A program made the translations under genes and the position numbers. From the NCBI GenBank assembly GCA_964444095.1, contig CAYUEW010000010.1:1-22250 (forward strand): DNA of 22,250 bases, given 5' to 3'. The notes beneath the pieces were generated by a model. That model saw nothing but the letters and a program-made list of their open reading frames with translations. It was not told where the DNA came from and ran no database searches. Shown in pieces: positions 11,829-18,160 of this stretch. Origin of the DNA: Candidatus Woesearchaeota archaeon (GTDB lineage: Archaea > Nanobdellota > Nanobdellia > Pacearchaeales > GW2011-AR1). The stretch's first letter is position 1. Every line of letters begins with the position of its first letter.

Positions 11829-14633
11829 ATGGCTAAAGGTAAATTAAAAATAAATAGATATCTTACAGAAGCAGGGAAAGCACCAGGAGATTACTTTGAA
11901 TGGGAAAAATCAGATGTAGATATTACAGATGGAGATAATAAAGTAATATTTACTCAGAAAGAATCAGAATTTCCTGAAAGATACAGCCAGCTAGCAAGAC
12001 AAATTATTGCATCAAAATATTTTTTTGGAGAGATTGGAACTCAAAATAGAGAAAATTCATTGAAAGACCTTGTTGGGAGGGTCACTACCACAATTGAAGG
12101 TTTTAGCTATGGAGATGGTTATTTTTCTAAAGAAGATTCTAAGGCATTCCAAGAGGAACTTACTTACATATCATACAATCAAATGATGGCATTTAATTCT
12201 CCTGTTTGGTTTAATGTTGGGACACATAATTTAATAGAACCAAGTAGTGAGAAAAAAGAAGCGTGGAGAATTGCTGAGAAAGATAAGAATATTATCTATG
12301 AAACTCCTTTTGGACCTATAGAAATTGAAATTAAAAAAGGGACTGCAATCCCAATTGAAATTGGAGAAGATAGATTATTCCCCCAAACCTCTGCTTGTTT
12401 CATTCAATTTGTTGAGGATAGTATGGAAGGTATTATGAACCTTTCTAAAAAAGAAGCATTGTTATTCAAATATGGTTCTGGAACTGGCTCAAATCTTTCA
12501 ACACTTCGTTCATCTTATGAAAAACTTTCTGGTGGAGGAAAACCCTCTGGACCACTAGCCTATTGGGCATTTTATGACAAGGTTGCAGGAATTGTAAAAT
12601 CTGGAGGAAAAACAAGAAGGGCAGCTAGAATGAATTGCCTTGATGATGACCATCCCAACATATTAGAATTCATAGATTCGAAGATGGTGGAAGAAAAGAA
12701 GTTACATATTCTTATAGACAATGGAATTCCTTTTGAGAATGCACAAGACAGTGTAAATTATCAGAATACAAATATTTCTGTGAGGGCAAGTGACAAATTT
12801 ATGAATGCTGCACTTAATGACGAAGAATGGCAAACAGTTCCAGTTCATAATAAAGAAATGGCAGATGAAATGCCAAAATATAAGGCTAAAGATTTAATGA
12901 GAAAAATTGCAGAGAATACTCATTTTTGTGGAGACCCGGGGATGCAATTTGGCGATACAATAAATAAATGGCATACTTGTAAAAATTCTGGTAAAATAAA
13001 TTCTTCAAATCCTTGTTCAGAATTTATGTTCTTAGATAATTCTGCGTGTAATCTTGCTTCATTGAACTTAGTATCTTTTCTGGAAGGAGAAACCTTTGAT
13101 GTTGAATTATTCAAGCATGTTACTAAATTAACAGCAATTTCCCAAGACTTGCTAATAGATAATTCGTCTTATCCTACTAAAGAAATTGCAGAAAATTCTC
13201 ACTTATTTCGGCCTCTTGGAACTGGTTATGCTAACCTTGGTGCCCTAGTTATGTCTCAAGGATTGCCTTATGACTCGGATGGAGCAAGAGCCATAGCTGG
13301 TGCAATAACTGCGTTAATGACTGGAACCGTTTATGAAACTTCAACTGAGATGGCAGAAAAGAAAGGGACCTTCAAAGAATACAAGAAGAACAAGGAACCG
13401 ATGATGGAAGTTATGAATATGCATAGAGAAGCATTAAAAGAAATTGATAGAAAAAAATTACCAAAAGGATTAGAAAATATTTTAGATGAAGCAGAAAAAA
13501 CATGGGACAATGTGATAGCGAGGGGAGAAGAATATGGATTTAGAAATGCTCAAGCAACGGTTCTTGCTCCTACAGGAACAATAGGTTTTATGATGGACTG
13601 TGATACTAAGGGAATTGAACCAGAAATTGGATTGGTGCAAATGAAGAAACTTGTGGGGGGAGGAATATTAAGATTAGTCAATGGAACAGTAATGCCCGCA
13701 TTGGAAAGATTAGGATACGATAAAAATCAAATGAGTGAAATAGAAAAATATATCGAAGACAATGCAACTGTCGAGGGAGCACCCCATATTAAAGAAGAGC
13801 ACATCCCTATTTTTGATTGCTCTAATAAACCTAAACAAGGAACAAGAACAATTTCTCCATTAGGACATCTAAAAATGATGGCGGCTGTTCAACCTTTCCT
13901 TTCTGGAGCAATTTCTAAAACAGTAAATATGCCTGAAGAAGCTACAGTTGAAGAAATAAAAGAAACATATAATGATGCTTGGAAAATGCGGTTAAAGGCC
14001 GTTGCTATTTATAGAGACCAAAGCAAGAGATCACAACCACTTAGTTTTGCTGAGAAGGAAAATCTTCTTGAAGAGAAAGTTAAGCCAGTAAGAAGAAAAT
14101 TATCTAATACAAGAGATGCCATTGTTCATAAGTTTGAAATTGCTGGAGGACATGAAGGCTATTTGACGGTGGGGATGTATGATGATGGAACCCCGGGAGA
14201 AGTATTTATTGATATGAATAAAGAAGGAAGTACAACAAAAGGATTGGTAGATGCAATTGGAATTTTGACTTCAATGTCTTTGCAATATGGTGTTCCATTA
14301 CAAAAAATAGTTGAAAAATTTAGACACCAAAAGTTTGAACCATACGGAATGGTAAAAGGACATCCAGAAATCCACACAACAGATTCAACTATCGATTACA
14401 TTGCTAATTTCTTAGGGAAAAAATTCTTAGGAAATGGTAACGAAGAAAATGGAAACGGGAAGGGGAATGAACAACCTGCTGAAATAAAAAAAGAAAAGAA
14501 ACAGAAGGAAGAACCTATGGAAGAAACAGGAGGCTTTTGTATTGTCTGTGGATCCTCTATGATAAAGAAAGGACACTGTTTAGAAAAATGTTCAAAATGT
14601 GGATGGGAAAGTCCAAAAGGTTGTGGAGAATAA
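11829..14633 (+). CDS. nrdJ: Class II (adenosylcobalamin-dependent) ribonucleotide reductase NrdJ with a C-terminal Cys-rich zinc finger
   Basis: Motifs: FPERYSQLARQIIASKYF, NSPVWFNVG, TSACFIQ, GSGTGSNLSTLRS, the catalytic NPCSEFMFLDNSACNLASLNL, VLAPTGTIGFMMDCDTKGIEPE, ISKTVNMPEEATVEEI, AIYRDQS. The tail GGFCIVCGSS...HCLEKCSKCG follows a G/N/K/E low-complexity linker. The start codon directly follows the nrdR stop. Confidence 0.92.
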   Translation: MAKGKLKINRYLTEAGKAPGDYFEWEKSDVDITDGDNKVIFTQKESEFPERYSQLARQIIASKYFFGEIGTQNRENSLKDLVGRVTTTIEGFSYGDGYFSKEDSKAFQEELTYISYNQMMAFNSPVWFNVGTHNLIEPSSEKKEAWRIAEKDKNIIYETPFGPIEIEIKKGTAIPIEIGEDRLFPQTSACFIQFVEDSMEGIMNLSKKEALLFKYGSGTGSNLSTLRSSYEKLSGGGKPSGPLAYWAFYDKVAGIVKSGGKTRRAARMNCLDDDHPNILEFIDSKMVEEKKLHILIDNGIPFENAQDSVNYQNTNISVRASDKFMNAALNDEEWQTVPVHNKEMADEMPKYKAKDLMRKIAENTHFCGDPGMQFGDTINKWHTCKNSGKINSSNPCSEFMFLDNSACNLASLNLVSFLEGETFDVELFKHVTKLTAISQDLLIDNSSYPTKEIAENSHLFRPLGTGYANLGALVMSQGLPYDSDGARAIAGAITALMTGTVYETSTEMAEKKGTFKEYKKNKEPMMEVMNMHREALKEIDRKKLPKGLENILDEAEKTWDNVIARGEEYGFRNAQATVLAPTGTIGFMMDCDTKGIEPEIGLVQMKKLVGGGILRLVNGTVMPALERLGYDKNQMSEIEKYIEDNATVEGAPHIKEEHIPIFDCSNKPKQGTRTISPLGHLKMMAAVQPFLSGAISKTVNMPEEATVEEIKETYNDAWKMRLKAVAIYRDQSKRSQPLSFAEKENLLEEKVKPVRRKLSNTRDAIVHKFEIAGGHEGYLTVGMYDDGTPGEVFIDMNKEGSTTKGLVDAIGILTSMSLQYGVPLQKIVEKFRHQKFEPYGMVKGHPEIHTTDSTIDYIANFLGKKFLGNGNEENGNGKGNEQPAEIKKEKKQKEEPMEETGGFCIVCGSSMIKKGHCLEKCSKCGWESPKGCGE

Positions 14634-14657
14634 TATCTATCTTTAATCATCATAATC

Positions 14658-14665
14658 TATATAAA
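14658..14665 (+). promoter_or_regulatory. TATA-box-like element upstream of the ThyX-like gene
   Basis: TATATAAA is centred about 25 nt upstream of ATG 14686. Confidence 0.35.
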
Positions 14666-14685
14666 AAATAATAAGACATAATAAT

Positions 14686-16242
14686 ATGATAAAAGTGGTT
14701 GAGCCAAAAGTTAATGTTATTGATTTTGGTCCTAAGTTGATTCTTAAGGATGGAACAGCAATAACTCCTGATGAATTCGTTTATGGAGCTGCTGGAATTA
14801 CTTACAAGGATGTGGGTGCCTTGAGTGAACTTATCGAACTAAAAAAGAATGATGTTGAAATTCGAGAAAAAATAAAAACTAGTTTAATAAAATCTGGTGG
14901 TGCAGGACATGCTTCTATGGCAACTACTCCTGGCATGTGGATTTTTTTAGAAGGTAATTGTTCGAAGCTCGTGGATTCTATTTTTACTGGTGCTAGATTT
15001 GCAAGTTCTTTAATGCCTTCTGGAAGAAGAATTCCCATCACAAAAGACCAAATTGTTGTTCCAAGAGGAATTCATAAAAGAGGGAAAAGTGCAGAGAATG
15101 TTTATGTTCAAAGTCTTGAAAATTGTATTGGTGCTTATGAAAAATTGCAAACCCAAGGAGTTCCGAAACAAGAGGCAAGCAAAATTGTTCCTTACGGACA
15201 TAGGGGAGGGGGTTTTGTGTTTATGCCTATGGAAACATTAATCTCAATATCTAAAAATATGGGATATGCTCCAGAAGATATTCCTGAAGAAGGAAGAATG
15301 ATTGTTTCTCAATTAGAAGAATTCATTCATGGTAATGGAATGGAAATAACTTATGAGGCAAGGAAGGCTGCTCCGCGAGAGGGTTGTCCAAATCCAAATA
15401 TTTTTCACCACCGAAATAATTTAGCACAAGAACTTATAATGCAAGGGGAAAGTGAATTACATACTCCAACACTCTTAACTGAAAGTTACATTCCTAGCTT
15501 AGAAAGAGATGGAAGGATAGCCCAATTTCTAATGCAAAGAGAAGAATTATTTGAGAAACATCCAGAAAACATATGGAGAGAATGGCCCAACTTATTATCT
15601 AAACTTGATGAAATTGTTCAAGATTATAATAATTCTATTCAGGTTACTACATTGTCTAATTCTCCTTGGAGAGTTTGGGGAGAAGTTAAAAGACATAGAA
15701 CACTCCCACAAATAACAGAACCTATTTATCATGCTGTTGAACGAGCTAATCATATCAAAAATCATAATTTAGATTCTCCGTTGGTAGAGGATGTTTTTTC
15801 CCTTCCTGAATCTGTAAAAAATGAAAAAGAAAATTTTCATCTATGGAAAGACACGTTTATGGATTCTCTAACGGCTTATAATTCTTTAACAAAAATGGGT
15901 GTTTTAGAAAGTGATGCTATTGCTGTTATTCCTCGTGGATTAAAAATGGGAATTGTAAAAACCTTTGATTTGTTTAATTTAACAACAGGATATATGTCTT
16001 TAAGATTATGCACAACTGCTGAACCAGAAATGAGAGAAACAACTGAATACGAAAAAACTTTGTTTTTGGATTCAAATATGCCAGAAGCAGTAAAAAAAAT
16101 AATAGAACCAAAATGTGCATATACTGGTTTCTGCCCAGATAGGAATTGTGGTAAAGTTAAAAATTATGTCCCTTCTTATGACAAAGAATTTCATAAAGAA
16201 ATGCAATTAATTAGAGAAAAAGAAATTAAAGCTGTCATATAA
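14686..16242 (+). CDS. Tandem-duplicated, divergent ThyX-like (flavin-dependent thymidylate synthase-like) protein
   Basis: The N half ...GAGHASMATTPGMWIFLEGNCSKLVDSIFTGARFASSLMPSGRR...YEKLQTQGVPKQEASKIVPYG... aligns ungapped with the ThyX core (GHxSxxEH..FxF.i.g.SR...qxxRHRxxSxxxxSxRY...G.p.E.AR.vLP). The C half ...VTTLSNSPWRVWGEVKRHRTLPQ...YNSLTKMGVLESDAIAVIPRGL...LRLCTTAEPEMRE repeats that layout and keeps RHR (nt 15691-15699). The position between nrdJ and dut fits a dTMP-synthesis role. Confidence 0.55.
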   Translation: MIKVVEPKVNVIDFGPKLILKDGTAITPDEFVYGAAGITYKDVGALSELIELKKNDVEIREKIKTSLIKSGGAGHASMATTPGMWIFLEGNCSKLVDSIFTGARFASSLMPSGRRIPITKDQIVVPRGIHKRGKSAENVYVQSLENCIGAYEKLQTQGVPKQEASKIVPYGHRGGGFVFMPMETLISISKNMGYAPEDIPEEGRMIVSQLEEFIHGNGMEITYEARKAAPREGCPNPNIFHHRNNLAQELIMQGESELHTPTLLTESYIPSLERDGRIAQFLMQREELFEKHPENIWREWPNLLSKLDEIVQDYNNSIQVTTLSNSPWRVWGEVKRHRTLPQITEPIYHAVERANHIKNHNLDSPLVEDVFSLPESVKNEKENFHLWKDTFMDSLTAYNSLTKMGVLESDAIAVIPRGLKMGIVKTFDLFNLTTGYMSLRLCTTAEPEMRETTEYEKTLFLDSNMPEAVKKIIEPKCAYTGFCPDRNCGKVKNYVPSYDKEFHKEMQLIREKEIKAVI

Positions 16243-16263
16243 ACTTTAAAGAGAATTGGTATA

Positions 16264-16686
16264 ATGAAAATTAAAATTAAAAAACTTCATCCAGATGCTA
16301 TCATTCCAAAATATGCTCATTCGGGTGACGCGGGGATGGATTTGTTTTCTTTAAAAGAAATAACTTTAGTGCCACACTACCGTATTGCAATTAAAACCGG
16401 AATTTCTATTGAATTGCCAAAAGGATATGTTGGTTTAATTTGGGATAAATCTGGGGTTGCTTTAAAACAAGGAATAAAAGCTATGGCGGGCGTGATGGAT
16501 GCAGGTTATCGGGGAGAATACAAAATAGTTATGGTTAATTTATCTTCTAAAAATTTTAAAATTAATAAAGGACAAAAAATTGCTCAACTTTTAATTCAGA
16601 AAATTGAACGTCCAGAAATAGAAGAAGAACAAAGTCTTTCTGAAACTTCTCGAGGTGGAGGCGGTTTCGGAAGCACGGGTTCTTAA
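16264..16686 (+). CDS. dut: dUTP diphosphatase (trimeric dUTPase)
   Basis: SGDAGMDLFS, GLIWDKSG, GVMDAGYRGEYKIVMVNLS, GQKIAQLLIQKI, and the C-terminal motif V SRGGGGFGSTG. Confidence 0.92.
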   Translation: MKIKIKKLHPDAIIPKYAHSGDAGMDLFSLKEITLVPHYRIAIKTGISIELPKGYVGLIWDKSGVALKQGIKAMAGVMDAGYRGEYKIVMVNLSSKNFKINKGQKIAQLLIQKIERPEIEEEQSLSETSRGGGGFGSTGS

Positions 16687-16694
16687 TCAGAATA

Positions 16695-16702
16695 TTTATA
16701 AA
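16695..16702 (+). promoter_or_regulatory. TATA-box-like element for trx
   Basis: TTTATAAA is centred about 25 nt upstream of ATG 16724. This supports that start and a leaderless trx transcript. Confidence 0.4.
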
Positions 16703-16723
16703 TCTCTTTATTTCTATAAACCG

Positions 16724-17050
16724 ATGACAGAAGACAATAAAGTTTCTGAATTAACAAACGGAGAGTTTGAGGAATTTATCAAAGACGGAATTACATTAAT
16801 TGATTTTTTTGCGGAATGGTGTATGCCTTGTTTGATGCTGGCTCCTGTTGTCGAAGAAATGTCTAAAAAGTTTGATGGCAAAATAAAATTCGGCAAAGTA
16901 GATATTGATAGTAATCGCGAATTTGCACAAAAATTTGGTATTAATTCTATTCCAAATCTAGTTGTGTTTAAGGATGGAGAAGTTCTTGAACAATTTGTCG
17001 GCTTGATGTCTGCAGAAGATTTAGAAGAAAAGTTGAAAAAGTTTATTTAA
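16724..17050 (+). CDS. trx: Thioredoxin with the variant active site WCMPC
   Basis: 108 aa from ATG 16724. LIDFFAEWCMPCLMLAPVVEEMS (motif at nt 16817-16831), KVDIDSNREFAQKFGINSIPNLVVFKDGE. The ORF-track start at 16655 would overlap the dut C-terminus and adds non-thioredoxin sequence. Confidence 0.88.
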   Translation: MTEDNKVSELTNGEFEEFIKDGITLIDFFAEWCMPCLMLAPVVEEMSKKFDGKIKFGKVDIDSNREFAQKFGINSIPNLVVFKDGEVLEQFVGLMSAEDLEEKLKKFI

Positions 17051-17612
17051 AGATTTCTTTAAATGCCTCATTCATATACATAATCGCCCAATTTCTTAAA
17101 AACAATGCTCCGGGAAAACTGTCTACATTTTCTTGTGCGTAAACATAAACTTTATTTTTATCAAACTGGAATTCTTTTAATTTATTTTCTGTAAATTTAA
17201 TATATAAATTACCAAACGAGACACAATTAGAATCTTCTTTATTAAAATAAATGCCCCCACCAACATTTCTATTTATTGAAAAATTTTTAACTAATCCGTT
17301 TTTTGCAAGAAGTATCTTATCTTCCCATACACCAAATCTTTGAAAAGGACCCTCTTGAAAGACCTTTGGTTTTTCCCTTAAAAAAACTTCTTTGACCCAC
17401 CTTTCTTTTCCTTTATCTGAAAAAGGATAATTCCTTAATTCTTCATACCATTCTTTAGCGACTTGGGGGAAAATGCGATTGGCAATAGAACCATCAATTA
17501 CTATTCCTTCATTCAATAAACTAGGATGAAGGGGGATATAAAAGGAGGTTTCATAAAGGATAGGCAATTCTTCTTTTTTGAGGAATAATTCTTCCAATTC
17601 CATAAATTTCAT
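17043..17612 (-). CDS. Hypothetical protein, 189 aa, no recognisable motif
   Basis: This is the only long ORF in this interval. It is convergent with trx, and the two 3' ends overlap by 8 nt. Composition resembles the neighbouring genes. I recognise no TM segments, catalytic motifs or metal-binding motifs. Confidence 0.5.
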   Translation of the reverse strand: MKFMELEELFLKKEELPILYETSFYIPLHPSLLNEGIVIDGSIANRIFPQVAKEWYEELRNYPFSDKGKERWVKEVFLREKPKVFQEGPFQRFGVWEDKILLAKNGLVKNFSINRNVGGGIYFNKEDSNCVSFGNLYIKFTENKLKEFQFDKNKVYVYAQENVDSFPGALFLRNWAIMYMNEAFKEIFK

Positions 17613-17683
17613 TGAAGATTTTTATTTAAATAGATTATTGCGCCAAGGATTAATTTTATAAATTAAGTTTATCTAAAAAGGAT

Positions 17684-17758
17684 TATGGCTCCGTAGCTTC
17701 CCAGAAGGGATGGCCTGTTTGCAGGCCTCAGCTTAAAAGAAGCTTCGCATGTCAGTAT
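17684..17758 (+). other. Duplicate of the tRNA-Lys 5' end followed by three short hairpins (possible structured 5' leader, tRNA-like pseudo-structure or integration scar)
   Basis: TATGGCTCCGTAGCT at 17684-17698 recurs exactly at 17756-17770, where the real tRNA-Lys starts. The first copy is followed by three hairpins: TCCC-AGAA-GGGA (17699-17710), GGCCTG-TTTG-CAGGCC (17712-17727) and AGCTT-AAAAG-AAGCT (17730-17744). TATA-like TTTATAAA (17655-17662) lies about 25 nt upstream of the first copy. Confidence 0.4.
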
Positions 17759-17833
17759 GGCTCCGTAGCTCAGCTTGGTTAGAGCACTGGACTTTTAATC
17801 CAGGTGTCGAGGGTTCAAATCCCTTCGGGGCCA
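17759..17833 (+). tRNA. tRNA-Lys: tRNA-Lys (anticodon UUU); no intron; CCA tail not encoded
   Basis: Folded by hand. Acceptor GGCTCCG/CGGGGCC (one U-G), discriminator A17833. D arm GCTC/GAGC. Anticodon stem CTGGA/TCCAG with loop C-T-TTT-A-A (17792-17798). T arm GAGGG/CCCTT with loop TTCAAAT. Confidence 0.92.
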
Positions 17834-17965
17834 TTTCCCACTTTAGCAGGGTTTTCCTAGAAATTCCCATAAAACCCAAAGTTTTTTAAACCAAAAAAAA
17901 TAATCTTTTATTATTGTACAGTTGTAATTACTAACAGTACTCTCTAAACCCCCTTTTCATACACA

Positions 17966-18160
17966 ATGCACATTCTACAACCCAAACATACTAAACTAGG
18001 CGACAAAGAGATTGAAACTCTATTAACAAAACTAAATATTTCTAAAACACAATTACCAAGGATTCTTTTGAGCGATCCTGCTCTACCTGAAAACTGTCAG
18101 GTTGGAGATGTCATCCAAATTAAACGAATTGATGGAGAATACTTCCGAGTTGTCATATGA
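17966..18160 (+). CDS. rpoH: DNA-directed RNA polymerase subunit H (Rpo5)
   Basis: HILQPKHTKLGDKEIETLLTKLNISKTQLPRILLSDPALPENCQVGDVIQIKRIDGEYFRVV matches the RpoH pattern (vPkHxxlsxeE...LPkIxxxDPxa...GdvvxIxR...yR.V). It has an ATGA overlap with rpoB. Confidence 0.88.
   Translation: MHILQPKHTKLGDKEIETLLTKLNISKTQLPRILLSDPALPENCQVGDVIQIKRIDGEYFRVVI

Noticed and set aside
11829-14633. Possible intein in NrdJ (and likewise in RpoB)
   Set aside because: The catalytic blocks follow each other without large insertions. No intein splice-junction or homing-endonuclease (LAGLIDADG) motifs were seen. The length is normal for this RNR type.
12920-15241. Six short antisense or alternative-frame ORFs (60-85 aa) inside nrdJ and the ThyX-like gene
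   Set aside because: All are embedded in longer ORFs with clear motif support and have no independent signals.
16655-16723. Upstream extension of the thioredoxin ORF overlapping dut
   Set aside because: The extension would overlap the dut C-terminal motif in another frame. ATG 16724 has a TATA-like box 25 nt upstream and yields a normal ~108-aa thioredoxin.
17916-17940. 25-bp imperfect palindrome GTACAGTTGTAATTACTAACAGTAC upstream of rpoH
   Set aside because: Only 8 of 12 pairs match, and the centre is a generic AT-rich TAATTA. It cannot be distinguished from promoter sequence or chance.
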